Positions 51,246 to 64,000 of a DNA stretch of 64,000 nucleotides are shown piece after piece (the stretch's first letter is position 1; each line of letters begins with the position of its first letter). This stretch comes from Polymyxa betae A26-41 (taxonomy: Eukaryota > Protista > Endomyxa: Phytomyxea). A program made the translations under genes and the position numbers. The stretch is taken from positions 124,001 to 188,000 of the forward strand of contig RBZT01000286.1 of assembly GCA_003693705.1 (NCBI GenBank), in the 5' to 3' direction. Below the pieces are notes generated by a model that did no database searches, was not told the origin of the DNA, and was given only the letters and a program-made list of their open reading frames with translations.

Positions 51246-51657
51246 TATAAAATTGAATGAGAGTAGAAGATCACGACACAATGTAGTGAAGTAGTGGCGC
51301 CGCCTCTTCCAGTCAAGATGACTTGTTACATTTAACTTTGTATTACATTACATCATATATTGAGTTTGTCAATTCAATTGCATTATTCTTATTCAAGAGC
51401 ATTACTGGTTAAGTCCTTTCAGACAATCAGAACCGGTAGCAAATGGTCAGGAATGGTTGGAAGCTATCCAGAATTATCGCCAAGGTTTTCTCTTATCAAG
51501 CAATTGAGGATAGTTTGCTTAACATGAAAAGCTCTCATTTCCTCATCTGTGATCTATTAACTATTATTGCCAGTGAATATAATGATATCACTATTAGTGA
51601 TGTTTAGACGACATCTGTTTGGTCCGTAGTTAACAATCCCGATTAGATTAACACTGA

Positions 51658-53591
51658 ATGTCCACAATTGGCCCGAATCTCCCCGAGTCTGCCAAGGCAG
51701 CTGAATTTCTTGGGACACCGCTCACAGGCAGGTCCAGATCTGTAGCTAATAATGAGGATCCATTGAAGGTTGTCGCTGGTCGTTATAAGCAGGGTTTGTC
51801 CTATTACTTCACATAGAGATCTCCAGTTTCTGACTGTCAGCTCACTATTATTTAAATTTAGATGAATTAAATCAATTTGGACCCAGTTTTAATGAACTAA
51901 ATCTGTATGTTAGAAGTAAAATCGGGGCTGGTTACCGATGGGAGAGGTGGTCAACGATTTCATGGTGCATTTCATGGGTAAACAACAGCTGACTTCCATA
52001 TAAAGTTATAAATTAATTGATATCAATGAACAGAGGGTTCTCTGCTGGTTATTTCAACACGGTTGGGTCCATTCATGGCTTCACTCCGTCATCCTTCAAA
52101 TCCTCTCGAAAATCTGGCCGTTCTACAGTACAACAAAAACCGGAAGATTTCATGGATGAAGAAGATTTAGATGAGCATATGCAGCTCGGGGTTAATGTTA
52201 AAAATCAGTCATTATTCTCAACTACGGCAGATGAACTTGCTGCACGTTCTTCTGAGATCGCACCTGGATTAGTGACCAGTGCTCCGATCGTTCGTTCAAT
52301 TGGGATCATACTAATGCAAAGAATGGGATGGTCTCGTGGCGATCCTATTGGGAAATCTCGAATTCAAATACGACATTATACAGTTGAGCCAGATCCAACA
52401 GTTCAACAGGCGAGATCAGCACCAAAAGCCGATGTGCTCGGATTAGGTTATGTTCCGTCTAGTGACGAACAACTACGAAGATTGCCGACAGTTGACGATG
52501 ATGATGGCAGCTTTACTGAAAAATATGATACGAGTATTTCATTTGGTGATGAAGATGAGGTTACTGTTGCTCACAAGCCAAAATCGACAAAGGTGAAAGA
52601 ACGGTTTCCAGGTTATATTCTGTCTACCGTTGATGTATCAATTGTATCTCCTCCACCTATTCAAGGATTACGAATACCCAAAAATTGGAAGCCATCTGCC
52701 TGTCCTGTTACTGAAGCTGAAATTGCTCCTGAGCTGGAACGATTTCGCTCTGATATTGAGCTGGTTGCGAAACGTCGTCGTCGACCTTTGTCACTCGATG
52801 AGCGCTCAGCAGCCTTGGGCGAGGAAGTTCACCCTGCAGCTCTTTCGACACAGCAGACATCGATTTTCAGCATGATATCATCTGAGGCAAAAGCGCAGCT
52901 CTCTAAATCGCTTACGAATATGTTCCATGTTGGGTCAACATTAGCTGTTGGCAATACTGATGATATTACCGTACATTTTCCTGATGATCCTGCAAAGCAG
53001 GCTCGATTTGTGCAATTCTTGAAGACCAAAGCAATAGGTGGCGATCCAACTTCAGAACCTACCCGAGATTGGCGAAGTGCTTTAGAGCTGCAACAGTTCG
53101 AGACATTGGCATCGACTATTCCTGCACCAGCTGTTAAACAGGAACCGAAGACTGAATCCCGACCTGAGATTCCAACCGATTACGATTCAGCAGCCAAATT
53201 GAAAATGTTTGGATCATTAACTCGAGAGACGATGGATTGGGTTCCTCCAAGACTGCTGTGTAAAAGATTTCATGTTCCAGATCCATATCAAGGTCGTGCT
53301 ATCCCGACACCCACCATTCAGAAGCGCACACGATATGAGGACCTTCTGGCTACAGTTCATCCCGAGTTGGTCGCCCTTCAGAACCCGGTTACACCCCCTG
53401 TTTCAGTTAAACAGGAGAACGCGAACGAAGAAGATACACCTGAGAAAGAAGATCGCCCTCCTGTTGATTTGTTCAAAGCCATATTTGCTGAAAGTGATGA
53501 TGACGCTGAAGAGAACGAGCTGCCAGAGCAAATTTCCAGGAGGGGCAATCCTGATAAACCCGATAGTAAAAGGCCAAGGATCGGTTGTTGA
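51658..53591 (+). CDS. GPATCH1: G-patch domain protein 1 (TOUGH/GPATCH1), DUF1604 plus G-patch
   Basis: RFHGAFHG|GFSAGYFNTVGSIHGFTPSSFKSSR, QKPEDFMDEED, IGIILMQRMGW, DPAKQARF, FGSLTRETMDWVPPRLLCKRFHVPDPY, DLFKAIF. Confidence 0.92.
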
Positions 53592-53849
53592 TAAATTCTT
53601 CTAATTATTACAATCCCCTAATGTGAAACGTCAGATTAGAAGACAAGAAGGTCAATACAGCACGCAACCAGCAACGACAACTCGTAAAGGATTGTCAAAT
53701 ATTGATGGAAGTAATAGAACTCACAGATCGGCAGTCTGAACCGAGATCATATCTTATTAGGTGACTTAGAATCAAACTGTATGCTAAAATGTTTTATAGA
53801 GATATGGGTGTTGAATTATTCAGAAGATGTCCAAGAATATCTTTGCATA

Positions 53850-55095
53850 TTATTTGCAATGTGGGAAAGGTGGCAGCACCAGACCCGTTTTGTTGACTCT
53901 ATCAGCAGTAAATATTCCCCAATGTCGTTCAATTTCATCGGCATCAGTTTTCCATGATGCGTCAAATGCTTCAAACCAGTAGAATTTGATGTTGTCTCTG
54001 GTAGCTCGACAAACGAACTCCTTCATATAAATGTCGTAATTGTCTGGTGTTGTTCTAGAGCCACCTCCAGCAGAAGGCCAACCAGTCTCTCCAATGATAA
54101 CCTCCTTTCCCTCAGATCTATCTTGAAGCTCATACAGTTGACTGAAGGTTGTATCAGCAGCAGCTGTAGCTGGAACATCAGCTGCAAAATACGGATGCAG
54201 ATTTGCTACAACTGCATCAACTGCATTCACCAATCTGATATCCATGTCAATGATAATCATTAAGGAATATTTCTGTAATTAACCTGTGATTATCATAGAA
54301 ACTGGTTACAACATCTACAGTAGTGATAGAGACTCGTTGGAAGAACATGGCTCCAACCTGACGTCGAACTTGATGAATCAAATCTATTAACGACTAAATC
54401 TAATATTAATAGTCTTTTCATAAAAATATGAATCAGCTTACCTCAACAGGAAGCAGATGTCTCATAATAACTTCATTGCCAACATTGATCATATCGATAT
54501 GACGAAGACCATGCTTCTTGATGACAGCCAATATCTAGACAGCAGCTCAATAATGAATTGCAAAAAGAAAGACAGTAAACGACTTCTCGAATTCCTCCTT
54601 GATTAGCATCATTATCGCTTGTGACAGGTATCGCAGCCATCACCCGAAACTTGCCCAAAGCTTTTGGGTTTTGTTCGATGGCCGTTAACACCACATCAAG
54701 ATGACATGCATCAGCATATGTTCGAATGCGATTTGTGATCGGAGAGATCATTAAAAGATCTTCTGTTACTTTGTCAACAGTAGGACACCATTCATCAGGT
54801 CGTGCCTGAACATTCATTAGTAAGCGACGACCTTGTGATAATAGAATATACATACAGGATTGTATGATATACCCCAGAAGGTATTACGAGCAGACGGGAT
54901 ACTAATCGGGTTTAATTTGATCAGAATATAGACGAGAAGTGAGCTAAATATTGTAATCAGGATCATGCCAGCCATATAGAGGGCTGCCGTCCCAATTCGA
55001 TGCAGCTTAGTGTTTATCAGTGGCTGACATCGATCACGGTTGCCGCTAAGATCTTGAATCAATAAAGGCTGCCGTGATGTATCTGAAATCTGCAT
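53850..55095 (-). CDS. GH17 beta-1,3-glucanase/glucanosyltransferase (Bgl2/BtgC-like) with N-terminal TM anchor
   Basis: FWGISYNP, RIRTYA, INVGNEV, VVANLHPYF, VIIGETGWPSAG, FYWFEAFDASWK...ERHWGIF. Confidence 0.9.
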
Positions 55096-55639
55096 GATGA
55101 GATGACAGATGATATAGAGAAGTCAGTGAATGACTGCAGATGTGTTGGAGTACAGGGTTGCCTCACAATCTATTGGGATCTCCTGTATCAGTGCGTATGT
55201 GAGACCCCAATAATACCCCACGATACTTCAAGATCCGTCACGCAACCGTAACCATCCGTGGAAGACTCGACGCAAGACCGCGAGTCTGCCTAGACTTCTT
55301 GGAATTCCTTTCACGCTTTGTTTACTGCTACATTTTCTCGAACGGCGGCGTACAATAGGTTATTTTCGAACATTCCTAGTTACTTTTATGTAACAATGAA
55401 TAGAGCATTGGTTTTCATCACATGTGATCCATTCTTGAATTTCTTGTTTATAGAGTTTAACCAGCAAAGGGATAAGATATCACGTACCGGTAGTGAAAAT
55501 CTAAGTAATAGATATGAAAGATCATAGTCTCTTAGATATGATATAGATTTCAGTATAGAATATCATTGATATAAAAGTACTATATAAGCGGCCTCCCAGG
55601 TCCTCGTCATCATTGGTATAACGACATTCTTTCGTCAGT

Positions 55640-56516
55640 ATGTCACTAAGCAATACCAACGCTGTGGCATCCACATCCAATAGCGCCTTCACCGAACAGG
55701 CCAAGAAACTCGTCATCAAAGTCGGCATGATTGGCGATTCACAGACAGGTCAGTATGAAGTTTTTCTGCCTTCATGGCTCAAAGCTGGCTACAGGTAAAA
55801 CCAGCCTTATGGTGAAATATGTCGAAGGAAGGTTTGATGAAGATTATATTCAAACTCTCGGTATACCAAGGCGATGCCATCTCGAGTTTCATTTTAAATA
55901 GATTGCAGGCGTTAATTTTATGGAGAAAACAATCAACCTACGAAATTTAGAAATTACGTTCAGCATTTGGGACTTAGGAGGTATACCAGTTTGGAATTTA
56001 CAGCAGTTAGATAATCTGAGGGTCGTGCTTAGGACAGCAGGAATATTTGCATATGCTGCCACTGGTCTGTAATGATGCTGTTGCTTTACTTTTCATGTTC
56101 GATTTATGTCGTAAATCAACCTTGACCGCTGTGAAAGAATGGTACAGGCAAGCTAGAAAACTGAATAAGGTTTTGAAGGCTTCGATTTTGTCTTTTTTTG
56201 GATTCATAATTTGTACAGAGTGCTGTCCCTTTCCTAATCGGAACGAAGTATGATGTTTTTGCGAAGGCTCCCATGGAGACAAAAGCCGATATAACTAAAC
56301 AGGTATTTCTCTTGCTCTTGGAATAGCGTCAATGTACTCATTGCACGGTAGGCGAGGAAGTTTGCAAAAGCTATGAAGGCGCCGTTAATATTTTGTTCGG
56401 CGTCACATGCAATCAATGTAAAGAAGATTTACAAAATCATCATCTCCAAAGTGTTCGAATTACAATGTACGGTAGAGATGGTTACAGCAATCGGTGATCC
56501 TATCATCGAATATTAA
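55640..56516 (+). CDS. SPG1: Septation/mitotic-exit GTPase Spg1/Tem1
   Basis: IKVGMIGDSQTGKTSLMVKYVEG.FDEDYIQTLGVNFMEKTI...WDLGG, LPLVCNDAVALLFMFDL, EWYRQARKLNK, GTKYD. Confidence 0.95.
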
Positions 56517-56566
56517 ACCAATGTATTCTTTGTACTCTTCATTGTCTAGTTATAATCAGGTTTTCC

Positions 56567-57758
56567 TCAAAATCGGTAGAAATCCTGGAATGTCTCATCG
56601 TCCTTTCGAACATTGGTCTGTAGAACCTGCTCAGAGTATACGTATCCTCCCACCAGCTCAATCACAACCAGGTATAGCAATACGGCAATGCTGGCAAACT
56701 GGATCCAGGCGAATTTAATAATTTCTGAGAAGCCAGGAAAATAACTGCATCGGTTGTTATTGAAAACAGAGTCAAAGTGGAAAACACAAAACCTGATTGT
56801 CTGGGTTGGAATCCTGCAAGTGATATTGAGCTCAAACTGAGCGGAGGTGCCTTTCCTCCATAACGGAAATCGGTCTGAATTGAAAACCACTGTATCTTTT
56901 GGTAGCAAATTGGCAATTGATCTCAAACAGGATACAATTCATACCATTTCTTGATGTATACGAAGCCAGCCATTCGGTCAAATCAAAATTGTTGTAAGAG
57001 CTGATCGGATCGGGAATCGTTGGAGGTGCTTCATAATCTGCATTGCTGTTGAGTCTGTACAAGCTGAGCACTGATTCAGGCTAAAATTTGCTGAAGATAC
57101 CGATATAGAGGCTGAGATTGCCAATATTCAAGATTGCCCGATATTTCCAAATAGGACCCTGGCATTGGGGATTCGTGCTTGACGATGATGGGAACGTTCA
57201 TCAAAAGTGCTATCTGGTCATTAAGGAGAAACTCAACGAAGAAAACGGTAGTCGCCCCATGCACTTGCAAACCGTTACTAATTGGAACCGTGATTCCCAG
57301 ACTAATAATGTCGTTGGATCCATCACGATTTGAGTCCGCTTCCTGTACCTAGGAAACTCTATCGGCGATAATTTAAATGGATTGCAGTGAACCAACACGG
57401 ATTAACGCAGGTATGAATTCGTTGTCAGAAATAGCATCATTCAATGTGGGAAATGTACTCCAGAACTTTGTGCCATGCTGACTTGTTGTCGAATCGAAAG
57501 TATCCAGAATCAAGATGGATTCATGCCGGAAGGAGATCTTGGGCTGTTCCCGATATTTACCTTGCTTTCTCCATAGAGCTATCAACATGACTTTAGGCCA
57601 AATCTGCAATCGTGGGATTACTTACCGCCGGAGTTATAGGCTAGATAGAACGATACAAATATTACAACAATATAAGAAAGAAAACGAAACAGGTTTGCGG
57701 CCGACAGGAACGGGGCTGTATATCGGACTCGCAATGGCGAAGAGTATACCTGGGCCAT
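56567..57758 (-). CDS. TMEM231: Ciliary transition-zone protein TMEM231
   Basis: MAQVYSSPLRVRYTAP + TM, LWRKQGKYREQPKISFRH, GNLEYWQSQPL, PGFSEIIKFAWIQFASI. Confidence 0.85.
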
Positions 57759-57970
57759 CGACAAGTCGTACTACAAGGTTTGCAGACCTGTTGCAATCTG
57801 AATCATGAAGGTCGTAATCTGTGACGGAATCCAGACGAATAGAGCATGATGGACAGCTGCAGAGCAACGGCCAAACAAAATATCACTATGTCAGATATGG
57901 GATAATCTTGGTCTCATGTATGTGTATATACTATAAAAATGGCTTAAATAAAGGTGTAGATAAAGCAGGG

Positions 57971-60900
57971 TTATATAAGGTTGGTGAGACGAGCTCTTTG
58001 GATGATCTTGGTACGCGTCATACATTGCACTGCAGATTCAAGAAGACGCAATTTCTTGAGGGCATCGTCACTCTTTGGTCCATGATTCAAATTTGTTAAA
58101 TAATCAGAATTCAAAAGCTGATCATCAGGCTCATCTGAAGACAAACGTTAAAAAACACTTTTTTTGTACACAGGCAGAGTTTACTTTGGCCATTGGCGAA
58201 CAAAAGCAACTGCGAAACAGCATGACCAGAAGTACTCCAGCTTTGCGGGAAATAGTCCTGAAAGCGATTCAATATACGATGGATTTTGAGTGCAACCAGA
58301 ACCTGTTTCGTTTCAAATTGAGATAAGAATTGCTGACAAACTGCAAAGTTTTGTGTCAAAATAAGATTAGGAACGATTTCAGTGATAAAAATCGAGAATG
58401 CGGCTTCCCAATGTCCCGCCCTCATTGCACAGGTCATGGCTACACAAAAGTTTCCATCACTGATACATCGCCCATACTGCATGAATGGCATACTCTCAAT
58501 CAGAAAGAGGAGTACAATAGACTGGAAAATGTACCTTGGCAGTGTAACTTAGAGCCATCGGATCGTAAGCATCCCGGGCTTCGACTTTATCGGTCCAGTA
58601 CGTGACGAAATTGATTAAATCAGTTTCTTCAGCAGATAGAAAATCGCACGGTTCTAAATGCGACGTCACCTCAGATAGTTCTGGAAGACCGAACTGAACA
58701 GAAACGAAACTCGATCTGGCCTGCAAAAATATTGTTTTGAGACCGAAGACTGAACAAAAGAAATGGAGTTAAACCGATTTAGGCCAGTTTCTGACAAGGA
58801 AGTCTTGAAGTAGGGATTTAGTAGCTGAAGGATAGAGATGTGACCCGATGATTATGATGTAAAGAGCTTCCTTAATTTGATTGGCGGCCTCAAGCTGAGC
58901 GACATAGCATACATGAAGAGTCCATGCTGCATCGCCATAAAGAACCACACCCCGTCTCGATAAAATATCATACATGTGCCACATTAGCGCGAAGTCAAAA
59001 TACCTTTCAAACAAATAAGATTAATGTTTGGTAGGAGAAGACGTCAACAAACTTTGGATTGCCTTTAAATAAACGTGCCGTTGGCAAGGACGGGTCAGCA
59101 CGAAATTCTAATAACGATCTTCGAAAATCATACGATGATGATTGGAACGGAGCCAATAGCGATTGTAGTGGCTCATTGGGTCGATCGTTAAACCAAAAAT
59201 TGGCAGACAGGTTTGACAGCCAATCGGAACCCTGAACGAGCAATCCGGTAAAAAAGCAATCGAAAAAAGAAGATATGGCGGCGATTCAGACCTTATCGAG
59301 CACATCGCCAGCCAGAATTCTATAAACGGTCTGGCAGGTTGCGGTAAAAGTCTGCCAGGTACCCGATATCACCCATTTCCTACCAAGGGTGTTTAGCCAA
59401 TAGTATAACAGACATGTGTGACACGAACTTGATTTGCTCCCGTAAAAGTTGACGAGATTGGCCTCGAAGACCGCTGCCGTTCTCGGCGATTAGCTAGAAG
59501 TGAATTAAGCCGGAATCATCTGAGCATAAATGGGCGATATTACAGTTGCTAATTTGGGATTTCCATGACGGAGTGAGATCGTGACGGCCTCACCAAGACG
59601 ATGACCTAATAGAGAAGATGCGATTTCTGCCCAGAAATCGGAACCGGGAATGTTTCGGTCTAAAATGGAGACAGAATCAGTTATGATATTGACCGAGCGT
59701 TTAAATGACGAGAACTCTGAAGGACGATATGTTGCTGAATCTCTTCACTTGAAAGCTTTAGAAAGTCAGTGCGAATTGCTGACTCGAACCAGTTCGAGAG
59801 AGCATTACGCATGTGAACATTGGAGCTGCTGAAGTTTGGGTCGAATAAAGCGATCAGAAGAGACCAATGATCACCTGGGCATGCCTAACGATAAACATTA
59901 GCACTGAAAACGACACTGTTATAAAACACTTCAGATATCTAGTACAGCCGACAGCAAACGAAATTACAAATATACGAGCAAATACGATGTCGTAATCTGG
60001 TATGGAAATTAAATACAAAATATTGTCGGACCTTATACGAATAGGCCAAGTCTTCTAGAGGCTCAGCTCCTTCAACAGCCTTCTGATGTAAACCAACGAG
60101 TTTCATATTGATTCCATCATGTTTCAGCCTTAAAATTCGGACCGATGTAAGGCTTGCACCACGACACACCACTCTCAATCCAGAACCGAAACCAGCACGA
60201 AATGTTGACCTATAAGTAAGTTCAAAAAGTTGCAATTTTCAAAATTAGGAGTCTTCACAATTTGGGTCCGATTAAATTCAGGGTATTGGCGTCATAAAGC
60301 GGTTGAGAAATAGCTCGCGGGGCGTCGTCAATTCTGTGATGGCGAACAGGAACAGAGAAGAGGGGCCCGCCCCATTCCTCATCTTGATCCTCAACTTCAG
60401 AAATAGGCGCATGTTTATCTGGAGTCTTCGGGATATCCGGAAGACTCGGGAGTGAATTCAGCCTAAAACATGGTCAAATTCTATCACAAACTTAACGCCA
60501 CACAATGACTGCACTAAAGGCAAAGTGAAATGAAAAAAAGTGTCACGAAATTTGTAGGAATAATCAAGGTTCTCCTATAAAGAACACGGAATGGCAAAAT
60601 TGAGGGGGTAATGCAAGGTATGAAATCATCGAATAGTAGATTTAGAAATCGTTGCTCCAAAAACTGAAAGAAGGCGATCATTGATACCACTGCGGTTGCT
60701 GACGATTAGTATCGTATAATTGTGCAGATTCATGTTCGAAGGCAGACTGCATGGCACGAAGTTTATTTCCATCAAGATGAAGAGATGCCGCCAGAGTTTC
60801 GGATCGTGGCAGAATTTTTTGAGATCTGGCAGGCGATGATCTCGACAGTGAGCCAATAGAAGCAAGCTCATCTACAGGAATTAGGGCCTGACGAATGCAC

Positions 60901-61104
60901 ATTAATAATCGTATTATCAATGACAAAAGTGGTCCCGACGTCATCGATCTGATCGAAAGTAGCACCGTCTAGAAGCTCCGATGACGATAAAGGTCGTGTG
61001 TTCAATAAGGGGTAATTGTTGGACTGATTGTTATGATCAGAATCGATATCGATCTGATCCAGACAGAACTCAAATACATCATCCTGATCTGAATCTACCA
61101 ACAT
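57971..61104 (-). CDS. NUP96: Nucleoporin Nup96-like, multi-exon; start tentative
   Basis: RSTFRAGFG, WHMYDILS, LHVCYVAQLE...ALYII, HWEAAFSIFITEIVPNLIL and WSTSG match the Nup96 domain. Confidence 0.7.
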
Positions 61105-61652
61105 TATAAGAAATGAGACTAATGACTGAGGTGAAGCCCCCAGAAGTAACCTCTACATGCGCACTATCTGTAATGTAATGTTACTTGGACTAACATTCAA
61201 ATATCTGAAAGAATCAATAAGCATGTCCTGAACCCATCATTGTATTATTATCATTATTGCTTTAGTTCAATAAAGTCCAAGTGCATAAAACAGAATGACG
61301 ACGCAAACAATGCATACCAGTAAACAATCTCCACGCTCGTGTCATAACCACAAAACAAGCCTATTGCCTAAACTAGCGGTTCGCCCAGGATAGCTGATAA
61401 ACTTGTCTGCTTTCCAAATGACGAGTCTACAGCATCATATTCAGTATGACACAGCACCATATTAAACTAATAAACTGCTCAAATTACAATGCCAGTTCCA
61501 GATTCGCTCAGTTTTATATCACCGCGGCCATACTGACAGTTTATTCTTGAGGAAACGTTTACACCTTAATATTACATGAAGTTGTTATCTGATGCTGATT
61601 GAAGGCTTAATCCCATTTAAAATGAAACAATTACCATTGAATAACAAAGTTT

Positions 61653-63093
61653 TCAGATGAACTGTTCATATGGAGGATGTATAGGCGGTGCTACAGGGGG
61701 TAACATCACCGAATCTGATAATGCATATCTAAAAATGAGCACAGTTCAGTATTATTGATTCGTCTAGCTTGTAAGAACATACGATGCATCGGCGTCGAGG
61801 TCTTGATTATCAGCAACCAGATCACCACATGAGAGAAAAGACACCAATCTCCTTTGTGATTCTGACAATGTGACATCACGACCTAATCTCAGATTAACAT
61901 CTCAGTAACGGAAATACCAAGTTTTCATACGAATAGGAAGATTGGCAGTAATCATAGTTGGAATATAATCTGATGGAGGATCATATCTCTCACAGACCAG
62001 GAATGATTCTGTAAATAGCCATCATATCAACATTGCAAATATCGAAAGGGTTCAATACGTACCAACACTGGAGTTCCTACTACTAGTAGGTTTAGCGACC
62101 GTGACTTTGTTAAAAAAGATGTCCAACTGATCCAGTAATAATGCTAATGAATCCCTAGATATATAAAACTTAGGGATGCAAACTTAGAGAGATCATGATC
62201 ACATTGATCAATTACTAACCCGCGGAATACTTTGGCTACAAATGATCCACCAGGACGTAGAACATGAGTCGTTATACATAGCGCCTATAAACATTCTCGT
62301 CAATTGGCCAGTATCATTGTGACATAATCCTATAATATCATACAGATAGGATCAGCTGCGATTGAACATATCTGCATTCAAGACAATTAGAGAATGTTTC
62401 GTGCCAGCAATGGCCAGTACGACTTACTCGTCCATATCGTGCATACTTGATACAGAAGCGTCCAAAATCAGTTCAATAACATCGATGGTATTAAAAAGAG
62501 ATCAGAAACTTACCCAGTCACTAAAATACAGCAAATTAGCCAAGCTGTGAAGAAATTATAAGTAGAAAAAATGGGCAAGCACAGTATCAGGTTAAAATAG
62601 GTTTTCAATAAAAAAGAATGTGAATTACCATCTGGAGCTCCATCACACACAACAATATCAGCTAGATGTCCCTGAAATAAATCGATAATAGATTCAGCTG
62701 TAGATCTTCGTGTGATATCTCCTTGTAGCTGAATTATTCCATCTATTGGGGACATTTCCTGAAGATCAACAGCTACGACGCGACCATTATTAGCTCCACT
62801 AGAAAACATATTTTCAATCATGGCAACAGAATGCAAAAAAATTCAGGCGACATTCGATTGATGAGAACTTGTGACCAGCTTCCAGGTGCTGCACATCTAT
62901 TTAATTAATTGAGTACAGTAAGTGATGGGGATAGGCTGAGATTTGCAACTCACAGATCCACAGCATTCTTAACATGATCCAACAAGTGGAATGTGTTATC
63001 CAGTTGAAGTAACTTAAATGCAGAACGGGCGCGATATCCGAGTTCTTTAGCACGACGGTAGAAAATGTCACGTTTATCCTTTGAGTACTTCAT
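61653..63093 (-). CDS. TRM7: tRNA (cytidine32/guanosine34-2'-O)-methyltransferase
   Basis: [31 protein letters not shown]|[61 protein letters not shown]. Confidence 0.93.
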
Positions 63094-63373
63094 GGAGATT
63101 TCCAAGACAAAAGTATGACAAATGCTGAAAGAATGGAAATCAGCAAATGCCAAGAATGAAACAAGTAGAACTGCGTGTCGCAGTTCTGGGACATTTTTGA
63201 AATATTTTTTATGTAACATTACAGAGTTGAGTGAACATTTAGATTTCTTCTTTGTGACAAGAGATGATATTCGAGAATTATCGAGAACTAATTCGATATT
63301 CAACAAATGATTATCTGACCATCATGGACAATCTACTCGCACTTCGTCTTCATTTCCCACTTTCAACGCGAAC

Positions 63374-64000
63374 ATGATATTGCTACTGGTACTGGCCCTG
63401 AGCTGTAACATTTTGGTGCAGGTCCAGGCTCAACACAGCAATGCTGTATCTCTCCCATGTCGAGGTCAGTTTCATGCTGACATACTGATCCACCGACTCT
63501 GCTACCACCAACCCATTTACAGATCCAAATAACTTCGACGCTTCCTCATGCTTGTTTGCTGGCGATTATTGCGACTTTAATGCAAATTTCTCGTTGTTCT
63601 ACGATCAGGTATAAGTTATATCTACGTATTAGGTGGATAATATTTGATACTTATATATAGGCAACATTATATCATAAATATGTTGAGAATCCAGTACCTG
63701 AAAATGCTGAGTTTGTTATAGAGAGTGGTATACCTCGTATAGAGAATGATGCATTATCTGTATCATTGATACCACCACAATCTCCATCTGATATGGGCAC
63801 TGCTACTATTATCAGTACGACCAGATTCTTACATTATGGTTTATTCGAGGCTCGATTTAAAGTGTCTGGCGCTGGTGGTATTGTATCCAGTTTTATTGGG
63901 TTTTCGAATGTTCACGATGAGATCGACGTTGAAATTACTGGATATGATAATAGCAGTGTTCAAGCTAATTGGTATTATTTATGGGCATCATTGTAATTGC
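63374..64000 (+). CDS. Secreted GH16 (Crh-like transglycosylase/beta-glucanase), truncated by the window end
   Basis: Signal MILLLVLALSC; STTRFLHYGLFEARFK...GIVSSFI...HDEIDVE catalytic ExDxE motif. Confidence 0.85.

Noticed and set aside
1-64000. Fragmented ORFs suggesting pseudogenes or an alternative genetic code; prokaryotic systems such as CRISPR or operons
   Set aside because: Breaks resolve as canonical GT-AG introns under the standard code; no repeat-spacer array, transposase or rRNA was seen

Overview
Eukaryotic, not prokaryotic. The window is a very gene-dense segment with about 33 protein genes, many short (~45-55 nt) GT-AG introns and tiny intergenic gaps, so the six-frame ORFs are mostly exon fragments. 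Ciliary genes (TMEM231, possible DRC2), an Spg1/Tem1 GTPase, a Q72-type NEDD8 and GH16/GH17 wall enzymes suggest a flagellated, spore-forming SAR protist such as a plasmodiophorid (inference only). Recognisable genes: CAND1, DP, UBR4-like, mRNA-capping-enzyme-like, COPA, U6 snRNA, PRP3, TCP11-like, Elongin C, PPOX, THUMPD1, MAF1, DUF1765, TIM50, NEDD8, a FYVE protein, EAPP, a MYCBP2-type RING-Cys-relay ligase, GPATCH1, GH17, SPG1, TMEM231, NUP96, TRM7 and GH16. Most notable: (1) a Ubl-C2-RRM-PH-IBR protein fused to an intact RING-Cys-relay E3 module; (2) a capping-enzyme paralog with both active sites degenerate; (3) a UBR4 lacking its N-terminal half and UBR box; (4) a 40-bp-arm hairpin filling most of an intron; (5) a U6 gene with a plant-like USE/TATA promoter directly upstream of PRP3. 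Gene models were spliced by eye, so boundaries are approximate. Family calls come from recalled motifs, not database searches.
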